DNA from: Candidatus Bathyarchaeota archaeon
Lineage (GTDB): Archaea > Thermoproteota > Bathyarchaeia > Bathyarchaeales > DTEX01
NCBI GenBank assembly: GCA_963714275.1
Contig: CAVQNT010000002.1
Location: 768,001 to 832,000, forward strand
Reading direction: 5' to 3'
Length of the DNA stretch: 64,000 nucleotides
A model generated the notes under the pieces. That model was not told where the DNA came from, searched no databases, and saw only the letters and a list, made by a program, of their open reading frames with translations. The position numbers and the translations under genes were made by a program. Positions 33,926-45,008 of this stretch are shown one piece after another. Each line of letters begins with the position of its first letter. Within the stretch, counting starts at the first letter, position 1.

Positions 33926-34455
33926 TCGGTATCTGGCTTATAACGTCGGAACTTCGCATAGAACTTAAGGCACCTCTGGGTTTGCTTGTTAAAGGCTCTT
34001 CTAAGCGGACGATGGAGAGGTTGAAAAAAATTGTCGACGAAACCAAACCAGCGAAGATCATTGTTGTGGGAGACAGGATTTCGGGGAACCTCATCAAAAG
34101 CGGCTTGTTGCCTGATGTGGCAATTGTTGACAGCAAAATCATGCGGAAGTCCGTTGCACCCTTGAAATTTGACGCGGAAAAAACCTTTAACGTAATCAAC
34201 CCAGCTGGAACCATAACTGATGAAGCCTACCAAACAGTAGGAAAGGCTGTTAATTTTGCTGGTCGGGTAAAAGTCTTAGTGGATGGTGAAGAGGACCTTT
34301 TGACCCTTGCTGCTGTCATATCTGCGCCTGCCGGGTCTATTGTGGTTTACGGTCAGCCGAGAACGGGGATCGTCATTGTCTCGGTTTCTGAGGATTCGAA
34401 GAGAAGATTCCTCGGGATTGTTGACCGAATGGAGTACAAGGATTCAAAAGGTTAA
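33922..34455 (+). CDS. GTP-dependent dephospho-CoA kinase (DUF359)
   Basis: LK.PLG, VGD, NPAGTIT, VDGEEDLL, VYGQP; conserved position after spt4. Confidence 0.9.
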   Translation: MIGIWLITSELRIELKAPLGLLVKGSSKRTMERLKKIVDETKPAKIIVVGDRISGNLIKSGLLPDVAIVDSKIMRKSVAPLKFDAEKTFNVINPAGTITDEAYQTVGKAVNFAGRVKVLVDGEEDLLTLAAVISAPAGSIVVYGQPRTGIVIVSVSEDSKRRFLGIVDRMEYKDSKG

Positions 34456-34490
34456 AGTATGGGAGCTGAATTTCTGAAGATAGTTTAAAG

Positions 34491-34802
34491 GTGAAGGCAG
34501 TGAAGATCGAAATCGTCAACAATCAACGAAACGAGCTTCTCAAAAGAAACGAGGTGAAATTCAGCATTTTACACGAAGAAGGCGGAACACCTTCACGTGT
34601 AGATGTTAGGCAGAAACTTGCCACAAGCTTGGACGCGAACGAGGAAAGAATCTACATAAGCAAATATGGAACGAAGACGGGAAGCATGACCACCGTCGGC
34701 GAAGCCAACGTTTACGACTCAGCTGAACAGGCGAAGATGACCGAGCCAAAATACATAATATTGAGGAACTCGCCGAAGACAGAAAAGAAGGAGCAGCAAT
34801 AA
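34491..34802 (+). CDS. rps24e: 30S ribosomal protein S24e
   Basis: N.LLKRNE, GTPSR, ANVYDS, EPKYIILRN. Confidence 0.95.
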   Translation: MKAVKIEIVNNQRNELLKRNEVKFSILHEEGGTPSRVDVRQKLATSLDANEERIYISKYGTKTGSMTTVGEANVYDSAEQAKMTEPKYIILRNSPKTEKKEQQ

Positions 34803-34803
34803 C

Positions 34804-35007
34804 ATGTCAGAAAAAAGCACGCTGAAAAAGAAAAAGGAAAAACCAGTGTCAGCCTACTACAAGCTTGAAAAAAACGGGTTAGTAAGGATTCTCCCAACCT
34901 GCGACAGGTGCGGTTCAGGCTATTTCATGGCTGACCACAGAGACAGATACTCTTGCGGACACTGCGGCTTCACAAGATTCAAGACTGAAGGCGCCAAAAA
35001 AGAGTAA
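34804..35007 (+). CDS. rps27ae: 30S ribosomal protein S27ae
   Basis: CDRCGSGYFMADHRDRYSCGHCGFT. Confidence 0.95.
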   Translation: MSEKSTLKKKKEKPVSAYYKLEKNGLVRILPTCDRCGSGYFMADHRDRYSCGHCGFTRFKTEGAKKE

Positions 35008-35017
35008 AGTAATGAGT

Positions 35018-35365
35018 TTATTCTTTTCCTGATTCTGAAGCTTGATCATCCGACTTGTCTTCTCTTCCCCATATTGCCACATAGAGCTGGAAGCCAGAAA
35101 GCGCTATCAACAGAACAGACAGCACAATAATGATGTTCTTCACATCGGAATATTGGGACAGATCCTCGAACATTGGAAGAAACATCAGCCACGCATAAAC
35201 CACAAGAAGCAGCGAACATACGGCAGCTATTACGTTGAAAATGTTTATTTTAATCTGAACCAATTTAGGTCTTCCTGTTATAGTTGAGCCTTCGGTCACG
35301 CTATTTTTGGATTCTCGCCTATTAACAGTTTCTTTACGTTTGGAATTATCTTTTATTTTACACAA
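35018..35365 (-). CDS. Hypothetical two-TM protein
   Basis: ORF with two hydrophobic helices; start uncertain. Confidence 0.55.
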   Translation of the reverse strand: MCKIKDNSKRKETVNRRESKNSVTEGSTITGRPKLVQIKINIFNVIAAVCSLLLVVYAWLMFLPMFEDLSQYSDVKNIIIVLSVLLIALSGFQLYVAIWGREDKSDDQASESGKE

Positions 35366-35423
35366 AGCTTATGATTTAACCAGAAAAATATTGAGAAACA
35401 AACAGGTATACAAGGTGGAAAAA

Positions 35424-35919
35424 ATGAAGATTGGATTAATCTCTGACACGCATGACATGCTGCCCCTGATAGAAAAGGCGGTTCAGAAGTTGAACGACGA
35501 AAAGGTTGAACTGGTGCTTCACGCAGGCGATTACAGTGCACCGTTCGCGGCTTTTCGTTTTAAGCCCTTAAAAGCTCAGATGATTGGAGTCTTCGGCAAC
35601 AACGATGCTGAGAAAGAGGTGCTTCAAAAAAATTTTGAGTCAATCGGTAAACAAGTTCGAGGAAAATTCGCAGAGGTTAAGGCAGGCAACTTGAAAATTG
35701 CTTTGCTTCACGGTGAAGAAGTCTGACCTTCTTTCGTCTCTCGTCAACACATCTGCTTACGATGTGGTTGTTCATGGACACACGCATCAGTCTGCAGTCC
35801 GTAAGCAAAACAGGACCTTGATCGTTAATCCGGGCGAAGTATGCGGGTACCTGAGCGAAAAGGCAACAATAGCCTTGTTGGATACGGATTCCATGGAAGT
35901 TGAGCTTGTGCCCTTATGA
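35424..35919 (+). CDS. YfcE/MJ0936 family metallophosphoesterase; frameshifted near 35722
   Basis: ISDTHD, HAGD, GNND, HG, HGHTH, NPGE. Confidence 0.92.
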
Positions 35920-36001
35920 TTTTGACGTTATATTGCATGCTGACCCGATATCTGGTAACCGAGTAAACTTTAAATGGCGCTTTAAATGACGTTTTGCTGC
36001 A

Positions 36002-36764
36002 ATGTCGAAGATAATAGTCAAGTTAGGTCGAAAAACGCTGAGTTTAGCGTTGATTTTCAACTCTGTGATTAGCTTAGCCTCTATAGTCAACATTCTAGTT
36101 GGCGTCTACATCAACACGTACAGTTGGCAGCCTTACTCGCCCTATCTTGTTAATGGGTCGCTGTTCCTGTTCGTGATTGCGACAGCTCGTCCTCAACATT
36201 GTTCCCGCTAAGCTCGTCGGAAAAGTTCACTTGAAAAGAATCCTGTTCCACCACTACGTTTACGGATTCCTTGCCAGCTCAATCTCCCTAACGCTTATGG
36301 CTGTCTTCGCACCTGCCTATATCCTAGTGTTTCTGATGCCTTCCTTGGGGTTCCAAACCATGGGCTTGCAGACGATCACAATCTATTCAGGTCTATTCTT
36401 CGTCTATGGCGGCTTAACCCTTATGATAGACGATATCCACGATGTCTCCATAAGACTCGGCAAAACGCTTGACAGGCTCAAGCTCTGGGCAATCAAGTCC
36501 AGCAAAACCCTTCAGAAAGTGCATTTCATTTCTAGTTTGGCAACCGTCTACATTGCGACTTGCGTCTGTGCGTGGTGCCTAGAAAACGTTCCCACAATAA
36601 TAACTGGATCGCCTTGGTACGTCTCCAACATGGTTCTCGCAGCAAGCCTTTTTATTACGGGCTTTTGGGGGCTGAAAGCAGTCAAGGCGAAATATTGGTT
36701 CACAAAACTATATTCTGATCTTTCCAAAGCGGAAACCACAATGTACAAACAATATGAAGTCTAG
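36002..36764 (+). CDS. Hypothetical multi-pass membrane protein; frameshifted near 36187
   Basis: Multiple TM segments; HHYVYG and GLTLMIDD motifs. Confidence 0.7.
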
Positions 36765-36775
36765 GCATTGACCCG

Positions 36776-37465
36776 TTAACTCGGTTTTCGCATTTTTCTT
36801 TCAACAGCAGCTTTGTGAGCTTTACGGATTGGTTCAGGAATCCTATAGTTTTTCATGCAGTGTTTCACGATTTCTATTGCTGTCTCTAACGAAATCTTGT
36901 GTCCGATGCTTACATAAACAGGCTTCACGTCGGGTCTCGCGTAGACAGCTGCTCCAACTGTTGAACCTTCATGTATTATGGGTTTCCACCCGTCTGTTTC
37001 TTTGTCAACGATTTCGCCGCAAAGAATGCTTTTTGCTACGCCTATCGTAACTGTGTCAATAATTAGACCGAGGTGGCTGGCAAACCCCAAGTGCCGAGGA
37101 TGGGCGAATCCGTGTCCGTCGACGATAAAAACGTCAGGTTTTATTGAAAGCATGTTTATGGCTGAGACGACGGGAGGAATCTCTCTGAAGGACAGAAACG
37201 TCGGAATGTAGGGGACGCTTACTGCTTGGAAAGATGTTCGCGTTTCCACCGTTTTTAAGGTGTCGTACTCCAGAACCGCTGCAGCGCCAATCGCATGGCT
37301 GTCGGTATAGGCTACGTCGACGCCTCCAACATAGTTTATGCGTTCAGGCAACCAATCTTCACATACTACTTTCTTGGAAAGGGACAGCTGCAGTTTCTTC
37401 GCTTTTTCGACTGAGAAGTCATTAGTGTGAAACAATCTGTTAGGCACCTGAGAAGACACGGTCAT
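36776..37465 (-). CDS. nfi: Endonuclease V
   Basis: GGVDVAY, PYIPTFLSFRE, VDGHG.AHPR..G.ASH.G, IGVAK, YRIPEP.R.AH. Confidence 0.95.
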   Translation of the reverse strand: MTVSSQVPNRLFHTNDFSVEKAKKLQLSLSKKVVCEDWLPERINYVGGVDVAYTDSHAIGAAAVLEYDTLKTVETRTSFQAVSVPYIPTFLSFREIPPVVSAINMLSIKPDVFIVDGHGFAHPRHLGFASHLGLIIDTVTIGVAKSILCGEIVDKETDGWKPIIHEGSTVGAAVYARPDVKPVYVSIGHKISLETAIEIVKHCMKNYRIPEPIRKAHKAAVERKMRKPS

Positions 37466-37490
37466 TTTTCAAGCAAAAAATATCATGAAT

Positions 37491-39095
37491 CTAGTCTGTG
37501 ATTTCCGCCCTGACTCCGACGAAGATTGGTCCTGTTGTTTCTATTTTCTTTTTTCGGTTCATGATGAACCTTCGAGCTTTGTCACTTACTTTCACGTTTA
37601 TGTCGCTTGGACGCCGAGCCAACCGCACCCAAAGGTCAAAGCTTCCTCGATTGTTTGATACGGCTTCTTCGATTCTTGCTGCTGCCTGTGCAGCTATGCC
37701 GTCGATGTACCTGACCCCTGTTGGGACACCCTTTTCGCGCGTAATTCTCACAATTTCAACGTTGTCCAGCCCTTTCATTGGGACCCCGAGAACGCTGCCG
37801 TTGTAAACAAAAACCTGATTTAAAGCCGCTGCTCCCAACAGCTTCGAATTCTGTTCCTTCTCGTAAAGGTACACTTTCACGAACTTTCCCTGAATTTTGC
37901 CACTATATACCAGAAACTCGCATGGGCTTGGTGCGTCTGCATTGGCAGTCGCGACTTTAAGTATACTTTTAGCTATCTTTTTTCCTTCCTCAGTCTTAGG
38001 TTCCAATTCGTACCCAATTAACTTCGCAATTTCAGCGTCTGAAAGCTCGAATTCCGCAAAGAATTGTGGATAAACCAACCTTCGCATGTCTGCCTCGTTG
38101 TGAAGCAGCATTGCTATCCTTTCGACTCCTATCCCAACATTCAGGACTGGTTCTTCAAGATCGTACCTTACCAAGGCAATCGGGCTGTATATGCCGTAGT
38201 CTACTACTTCGACCCATTTTTTCGAGGCTGAATTAAAGATGAAGCCTTCGTACTCCATGCCCGGAGCGTAGTACTTGGAGGTTACCTTCTTTTTGATAAA
38301 CCTGTACTTGTCGAAGCCAAGCGGTTTCAGCAAGGCCTTAGTAATCTCTTGACCCTCGTTGACATCCACGGCTTCTTTCATGATAACGCAGCTAGCGGAA
38401 TGGTGAACACGGAGGTGAGTGGAATCCTCTCTCTGTTCTCTTCGAAACCTGACGTCGACGGAAAACAATCTCAACGGAAGCTCAGACAATGGGCGAACCG
38501 CCTGAAGCGTCAGGAACCATGATGTGGTCATGTGGGAGCGAAGAGTCAGATTCGAAGCTTCAGGAAGCAACGAAGAGAATTCTGGAAAAACGTCCGAAAT
38601 GACACGCATTGCAACAGTGTCAGAAACTTCGAGAGCTTTAGCCAATTTTTCGACCAGATCATCCGAGTCCACATTGCCTTTCTTGTAGTCCCGCAAAACC
38701 CTCTGAAGATTTGAAACCTTATGTTCGGACAATTCAACTCCTAATTTCATAATCTGCTCGTGTTTGGCTTTACTTAATCCGATATCTGGGCGGGGTAAAG
38801 CAGCCAGATAATAGCAGCGGTCAAGTATGATGGGAGCTTCCGGACCATACTGCTTGAAAATTTCGTTTGCATCCAGAATAACTGGGTTAAAAACTTCCGT
38901 AAAACCCAAATCTAAAAAAGATGTCCTCATTTTTTGGACGAGGTCATAAAACGGGTGGGACCTACCTCTAATTTTTGGTTCAGCCTCCGCATTTTTGGTT
39001 GGTTTCGGAAACAGGTTTGCGCTTTCTCGCCATACGTTTTCGAACCCTTCTTCATCGACTCTTTCCAGAATATCTTTTGGGTTTAACGGGTTCAA
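37491..39095 (-). CDS. sepS: O-phosphoserine-tRNA ligase (SepRS)
   Basis: KQYGPEA..ILDRCYYLA.LPRPD.G, LRSHMT, FRREQRED.THL..HHSASC, SKYY.P..E.E, G.YSPIAL..Y. Confidence 0.95.
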   Translation of the reverse strand: MNPLNPKDILERVDEEGFENVWRESANLFPKPTKNAEAEPKIRGRSHPFYDLVQKMRTSFLDLGFTEVFNPVILDANEIFKQYGPEAPIILDRCYYLAALPRPDIGLSKAKHEQIMKLGVELSEHKVSNLQRVLRDYKKGNVDSDDLVEKLAKALEVSDTVAMRVISDVFPEFSSLLPEASNLTLRSHMTTSWFLTLQAVRPLSELPLRLFSVDVRFRREQREDSTHLRVHHSASCVIMKEAVDVNEGQEITKALLKPLGFDKYRFIKKKVTSKYYAPGMEYEGFIFNSASKKWVEVVDYGIYSPIALVRYDLEEPVLNVGIGVERIAMLLHNEADMRRLVYPQFFAEFELSDAEIAKLIGYELEPKTEEGKKIAKSILKVATANADAPSPCEFLVYSGKIQGKFVKVYLYEKEQNSKLLGAAALNQVFVYNGSVLGVPMKGLDNVEIVRITREKGVPTGVRYIDGIAAQAAARIEEAVSNNRGSFDLWVRLARRPSDINVKVSDKARRFIMNRKKKIETTGPIFVGVRAEITD

Positions 39096-39733
39096 CCCTT
39101 TCGTTTCTCCTCTAGTCGTTTTTTGAGGTCCTTTATCGAGTTTTCAAGCTGCGTTCTTCGAACCTCAATGGTGACATCACCCCTCGTTGCCTCAAGCACG
39201 TGTCGGGCAACGTCGCATTTCCTTCTGAGTCCCTGAACAACGATGTTGGCTTCATCGAGGTTAATCAACTCAACATATATTGTTTCCATGAGCTCAAGGT
39301 TTTTCTCAGCTTTCCCGACTTCGTTTCTCCTCAGGCAATCCAAAGTCTGGCGTCTGAGCTCCCCAACCACGTCAGCTAAGCCGAGAATATAGGCTGGCAA
39401 TGGAACGCCAATCTCGTTAATGTTTATGAAACGCCCTTCTTTAATCAGGTTAAGAAAAATTTGGGCTTCCGTATATTCCTCGAATGCTGCTTCAACAATT
39501 CCCATATACATGAGTTCAGGATAATTTGCTGTAATTGTAACTAATTTTCTGAACAGTTCCTTTGCTTCTCCAAGTGTTGCTTCGGCATCTTCGAGTTGCT
39601 GTTTGTGGACGTGGAAAATCGCTGTTTTCGACAATCTTGTGCATTTCCGCATAGCTGCCTGAACGTCCTGGCGGACAACGTCCTTCTTTGCCAATTCTTC
39701 CTGAATCTGTTTCAGAATGTTGTTTAGTGACAT
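39092..39733 (-). CDS. Translin/TRAX family (C3PO-like) protein
   Basis: EEYTEA, YILGLADVVGELRR, LRRKCDVAR. Confidence 0.9.
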   Translation of the reverse strand: MSLNNILKQIQEELAKKDVVRQDVQAAMRKCTRLSKTAIFHVHKQQLEDAEATLGEAKELFRKLVTITANYPELMYMGIVEAAFEEYTEAQIFLNLIKEGRFININEIGVPLPAYILGLADVVGELRRQTLDCLRRNEVGKAEKNLELMETIYVELINLDEANIVVQGLRRKCDVARHVLEATRGDVTIEVRRTQLENSIKDLKKRLEEKRKG

Positions 39734-39901
39734 GGTTTTCACTTTTTTTATGGTACTTCCTTTATGATTTGACAAAGCGTTATATGTACAAATAGTCATC
39801 CTACAATGGCATTTATCTTTTTTCTTATGTAAGCTCTTTTTTATAAAACTAAATCTGCTACTAAATGAAAGTAAAAAACAATTATTAACAAAAAAATGTT
39901 G

Positions 39902-40390
39902 TTACGTGATTTGTAGTATTTCCGAACCTTTTCTCACAGCAAACCTTATTCTTTCAGCGCATGCATAATCATGAATTTTAGCATAATACTCTTTTATTCC
40001 ATCTGCTGTCTTCAGATCCAGCTTTGTAAGTTCTCTACAGTTCATATAACTGAATTTATTTTTGAATTCCGCGACATATTTGTCAACCATGGTCCAAACA
40101 GGCTGCGGGCTTTGTTCCGAACTTGTTCTCCCATATTTCATACCTATCAACATGGCGATGCTTGAAACACAGCCACATAACAGCCCATTCAACGAGACAC
40201 CGGCACCAATACCTGTTCCTATCCGAGGAATAACCTCAGCTCCTTCACCAATGAAGCCTTTGAAGGCAAGCAGAATGCTTTCACAACAATTAAATGGTCT
40301 TCCAGTCGGAAAATTTTTAGGACGAGTACAGAAATATTCCACAGTCTTATTCCCAAGTTCCTGTGAGGTTGTCATTTTGTTTTCCTCCAT
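39902..40390 (-). CDS. C_GCAxxG_C_C family putative redox protein
   Basis: NCCESI, GAG....LCG, F....NCRELT, C. Confidence 0.8.
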   Translation of the reverse strand: MEENKMTTSQELGNKTVEYFCTRPKNFPTGRPFNCCESILLAFKGFIGEGAEVIPRIGTGIGAGVSLNGLLCGCVSSIAMLIGMKYGRTSSEQSPQPVWTMVDKYVAEFKNKFSYMNCRELTKLDLKTADGIKEYYAKIHDYACAERIRFAVRKGSEILQIT

Positions 40391-41909
40391 TTAAATTTTG
40401 CCTGTCCAGCAGTATAGGCAAATGTCTTCTTCTTTTAAGCCCTTGTTGTTTGGGGCTTCGACCACGGCTTTGACAAGGTCTTCTATAGTCTGGAACTTCA
40501 AGGTTGTGAAGCCGATCTTTTTCCTGATCTCCTCAACCATAGTCAGGTATTCCTGGCTTGTTGAATCCAAGTACTTGCTGATGTCCTCTTCGGTCCTGTC
40601 CATAGCCTTCCAAGTCGCTAAATCCTTAGTCTTGGTTGACAAGTCGTAGACGCATGGGAACATCTGCGGAGGCGAAGCAATCCTGCCGTGAATCTCTTTC
40701 GGACAATAAGGCATGATCTTTTCTCTCAGCAAATCCTGAAGCTGGGTACCCCTTCTTATCGAATCGTCGACTAAAATTATTCTCTTGTCTTGAATCATCT
40801 GAGGGTTAGGAACCTGCTTGAACCGAGCGATCAGATCCCTCTTTTCCTGGATTGGAGGAATGTAGCTTCGACCCCAACCAGGCGTGTACTTTACCAACGG
40901 TCGCCTCAAAGGAATCAACGACTTCAAGGCTTTCTTGACGGTTTCTTCGAGTCTGACTGGCATCAATTTCGCCTTGTTTGAACTGTTCCAACGCGCCATT
41001 GATTTTCTCCTTGGCGAGTTCCATCCTTCTTTTTGCATAACCGACTGAATGCGGAAATCCCGAGTCTGCTATGCCCAACACTATGTCGGCTTCTACTTCG
41101 TCTTTTTCAGCGAGGAACCCCCCGCACCTTTCCCTGACAACCTCAGCGTTCACTCCGTAATAGTCTGACGTTGGGAAGCCAAAGTAAACGTGCAGAAACG
41201 GACAAAACCTTTTCCTGGTTGACGCTTGTGCCCGTGTTTTGGCGCCTAACTCGTCTACGGAAATGATTTCGCGGTGTTCAAGAAACTTTACAACCTCGTA
41301 CCTTAAATTGGGAAACGCGGAAGTTTCGGAAGCTATGGCCCAATCGTTTCCTCTGTTTCCAAGGATAAGCGGGAAAGTATCGCCTGATATATAGATGCTT
41401 TTTTCGTTTTGGGACAGAAGCAGCAGAGAGATGGTTCCGTCGATTTTTTGGTACATGGCTTCGATTCCGTCGACGACGTTCTTTCCTCTGCTTATGAGCT
41501 CACCGATAATCTCGGTCTGGTTCGGAACCGTTTTGCCAGCTTTGATTCTTGAGTTTTTGAATGTGACGCCTTTCTCAATCAGTTCGCTATATAGTGCATC
41601 AGCGTTTCTGATTACGCCAGCAGTGCAGAGGGCGAAGGTTCCAATTTTCGATTCGAACTTGACTGGCTGTTCATCTTCGCTGTCGCTTATGACGCCGATG
41701 CCTAACGTGCCCTGAATCTTCTTGTATTCTTCCTGCATCACAGACTTGAACTGGCTGTTGCTGATGTCGAGAGAAACGAGCTTTATGTCGCCATCTGAAT
41801 AGGCTAAGCCAGCGGTTTCTGTTCCCAGATGCGAGTGATAGTCAACTCCGACGTAAAGGTCTCGGGCAAGATGGTTTTTTGTGACAACGCCGAACAGTCC
41901 GCCAAGCAT
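40391..41909 (-). CDS. purF: Amidophosphoribosyltransferase-like protein lacking the N-terminal Cys; frameshifted near 40950
   Basis: DYHSHLGT, ASET, CPF..VYFG.P, VDDSIRRGTQ, PC.Y, CLYCWTG. Confidence 0.85.
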
Positions 41910-41975
41910 AATTTCACAGCCTTTGAGATAGATGCGTTAAGGAACGTGTATAAACAGTTTTTGCACACGTCTATG

Positions 41976-43022
41976 TTAATGAGCGAAAAAGAAAATTTTA
42001 TCTGTTATCGTGTCCGCCATTTTCTGAGTAGACGAGTTTCCACCCAAATCGTAGGTGCGGACTTTTCCTTCTTTCAGAACTTCCATCACGGCTTTTTCAA
42101 CTAAGCCCGCAGCCTCGGACTCGTTCAGGTAGTCAAGCATCATTTTCGCCGCGAGAATGGTGGCAATAGGATTAACAGTGTTTTTGCCCGCATACTTCGG
42201 CGCAGAACCGTGAACGGGTTCGAACATGCCGTAGCTGCTGCCTACGTTCGCTCCAGCTGCAAAGCCAAGCCCTCCTACGAGCTGGGCTGCCTCGTCCGAG
42301 AGGATGTCCCCAAAAAGGTTAGTTGTGACGATGACGTCGAACTTTTCTGGTTCTTTCACAAGCCTCATCGCCATCGCGTCAACGTGAACCTCGTCCACCG
42401 TTATCGAAGAAAATTTCTCTGCAACCTTCATCACAGCGGTGACGAAAATTCCGTCTGTCACACGCAAAATGTTCCTCTTGTGGACGCATGTTACGTGTTG
42501 CTTACGTTTTTGAGCCAGCTCGAACGCAAGTTTCGCTATTCTTTCAGAAGCCTGCTGAGTTACAATGCGTAAGGCAACTCCTTTTCCCGGCGCCACCGTG
42601 AACTCCTGTCCAGAGTAGAGGCCTTCAGTGTTTTCTCTGAGCACGATGAGGTCGATGTTTGGCTTGAGGGCTGGGACGCCTGGCAGGCTTTTACACGGTC
42701 TCACGTTGGCGTAGAGGTTGAAGGCTTTCCTAATCGTCACCGCAGCGCTTGGAGGCGCACCTGCTTCTTCGAGGGTCGTCATAGGTCCCTTCAGGCACGC
42801 GTCAGTCTGCCTCAGCATGTCAAAGGTCCTCTGCGGAACGTTGGTGCCGTGTTTTTCGATGCAGTTGAGGCCTGCTTCGCCGAACGTAAAAATGAGCCTC
42901 AGATTTTTTGTTGCCTTCTGAACGGCTTTCAAAACTTTTAGTGCGGCTTCTGTGACTTCGGGTCCGATTCCGTCTCCCGGCAACACGGCGATTCGGTGGG
43001 CTTTGCTCAACGGGTTTTTCAC
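41976..43022 (-). CDS. Isocitrate/isopropylmalate dehydrogenase family protein (LeuB/AksF-like)
   Basis: PGDGIGPEV, LYANVRP, RENTEGLY, NLFGDILSD, FEPVHGSAP. Confidence 0.93.
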   Translation of the reverse strand: MKNPLSKAHRIAVLPGDGIGPEVTEAALKVLKAVQKATKNLRLIFTFGEAGLNCIEKHGTNVPQRTFDMLRQTDACLKGPMTTLEEAGAPPSAAVTIRKAFNLYANVRPCKSLPGVPALKPNIDLIVLRENTEGLYSGQEFTVAPGKGVALRIVTQQASERIAKLAFELAQKRKQHVTCVHKRNILRVTDGIFVTAVMKVAEKFSSITVDEVHVDAMAMRLVKEPEKFDVIVTTNLFGDILSDEAAQLVGGLGFAAGANVGSSYGMFEPVHGSAPKYAGKNTVNPIATILAAKMMLDYLNESEAAGLVEKAVMEVLKEGKVRTYDLGGNSSTQKMADTITDKIFFFAH

Positions 43023-43105
43023 CTGTTTTGCTTCTCGGTTCCTAAGCAGACTAGTCTTTCTTTGGTGGTTATTTATGTTTTGTCAGCCACGGATTGCGTG
43101 AGCCA

Positions 43106-43663
43106 TTAATCTATGTGCGTTATATTTTTTGGTCCAGAATGTAGTTAATGATGTCGACACAGGACGCGGCGAGGTACGGTTTTTTACCGAGTGAGATCTT
43201 TGTTCCGAAACGCAAGGCAAACCTTTCGTCTTGCCTCGGCAGTCCCACTTGGTCGCCTAGAACAAAAACTGGGTTTTCTCCCAACTTGGTTTTGAGGATG
43301 TCTTCGCCGCTTTCTTCTAGGACGAAAACATTCTGTTTTGACTTCAGGACTTCTTGGAAGCTTCTCTCCGCACTCGATGCCTTGGTGAACGCCGCCCGAT
43401 AGCACCTTCCTCAGGATTTCTTCCCATGTTTTTTCGTCAGTTCGCACGTCCCTTAGGCTCGCACCGTCGAAAATTAGGTGAACGGGCGGGCGGGGTGGAC
43501 CGCCTAGAACGGCGTGAAAAACTACGTCTCGCCTCAATGCGCCTGAGGTGAAAAAGGCTGTTAGGAGGCACTGGTGGACAACGTCAAGCCTGCCTGCTTC
43601 TCTAAGGGTTCTGAAGTTTCCGTTGGTTCTTCCTCTTCGGGAGAAAAGAACAAACTCAATCAT
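43106..43663 (-). CDS. trmY: tRNA (pseudouridine54-N1)-methyltransferase; frameshifted
   Basis: AGRLDVV, F.S..LRRDV, GPP.PP, FVLGDQVG, ISLG..PYLA.SC.I.NY.LD (SPOUT fold). Confidence 0.85.
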
Positions 43664-43721
43664 ACGCTACAGAATTCCTTTTTGGTAAATAAAAGAAATG
43701 GTACAGTATTTCAGATAACGA

Positions 43722-44207
43722 CTATTTCTCGGCTAGGACGCTGAACTTCCACTCTGGCGCCTTGAACCTGCATTCCTGCCCTGTTTCTGTTGTCTGGATT
43801 GGGATTTTTGTTCCCGAGATTATGTCCGTGGCTATATTTGAGGTGAAGAAGCCTTGTCGGAATTTTAGTTGAACGGTGTCCTGTTTTGGCGGGAAGAAGA
43901 CGAAGACTATTTTCTTTCCGTCTGACTCTCCACACTTGACGTAGACGAAGGATTCCTTGTCAGGTTTAGGCGAAACCACTTCCACTTCGGGCTTCCATCC
44001 AGCCTTACGTGTCGTGAGCTCAACGAATCTTTCGAAATCGGCTGTCCACTGCCTAAGATACGGGTCGCCAAAATATGTTCCGCACAGAACCATTCTGCCC
44101 TTGCCAACGGGAACCTCAGCAATCAAAGCGCCGTCGTTATTTTCCGCCAGTGCTTTGCCTTTGCCTTTTTGCCAAGGCGTCAGCCACTGGGTTACTCCGA
44201 GGTTCAT
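43722..44207 (-). pseudogene. Isolated C-terminal fragment resembling a GH42 beta-galactosidase trimerisation region
   Basis: ALIAE..VGKGRMVLCGTYFG..Y and K.VFVF; no catalytic barrel upstream. Confidence 0.45.
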
Positions 44208-44337
44208 GCAATCACCCTTCCTGTAACTCAGTAACCTTCTTTTTCATAGGTTAACCCACCAATCCTATAAGCTTTCGCTGTTTAATGCTACCTTAATAGG
44301 TTGATATTGAAGAAAGGAAGACAGTTGAGGGAAATTA

Positions 44338-44864
44338 CTAATGCAACGCCCTAACAACCATTGTTTCGGAAATGATGTTAAACAGTCTCTGGTTTCTGTC
44401 TGAGTGGATCAGCCATCCGATTATGCAGTCAAGAGGCAGCAGGAAGGCTTTTCCTAGGCTTTCTATGGCTGCAGTTCCTACGTCTATGGGTTGACCGTTC
44501 AATCTTGTGACCTTCAGATGCATAGCCATCTTGCCTATTGATTGACCGAAGGTTCCGTCCATTATGGTCCAGTAAAAGAAGTAGATGACGTTGTCCAGCC
44601 CGAACTCTACGAAGGGCAGCCAATGGAATGGAAAAGGCAGAATTGGTAGTGAAAATCCTGACAACCCTAGAAGTGCCAAAAAGAGCTTTGTTGGAGCAAG
44701 GAAGATTCCCAGCAATATGATGTCTATCAGCCAAGCAACGAACCTTATTCCCCAACCAGCAGACACAAGCACTGGTCTAGAGGGTTCTCTGGTGGATGCA
44801 CCACAGTTTTGGCAGAAGACAGCACCCTCAGACAATTGACTCCACAGTTCTTACAAAATGGCAT
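44338..44864 (-). CDS. Zinc-ribbon plus RDD family membrane protein; frameshifted near the 5' end
   Basis: MPFCKNCG..FCQNCG, RFVAWLIDII, GQSIGK, QRL. Confidence 0.88.
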
Positions 44865-45008
44865 AAACGTGAAACTTCCTTACAGCTTTGTCCAGTTCAG
44901 AAATCCGAGTGCCCGCTATATATTTGTTACCTTATCGTAAAAGTTAAAATAACGGTTCACGGTGAACTTTAGAGTGTTGTCTGCCCCATCTTGAGGAGGT
45001 ATCGTTGG

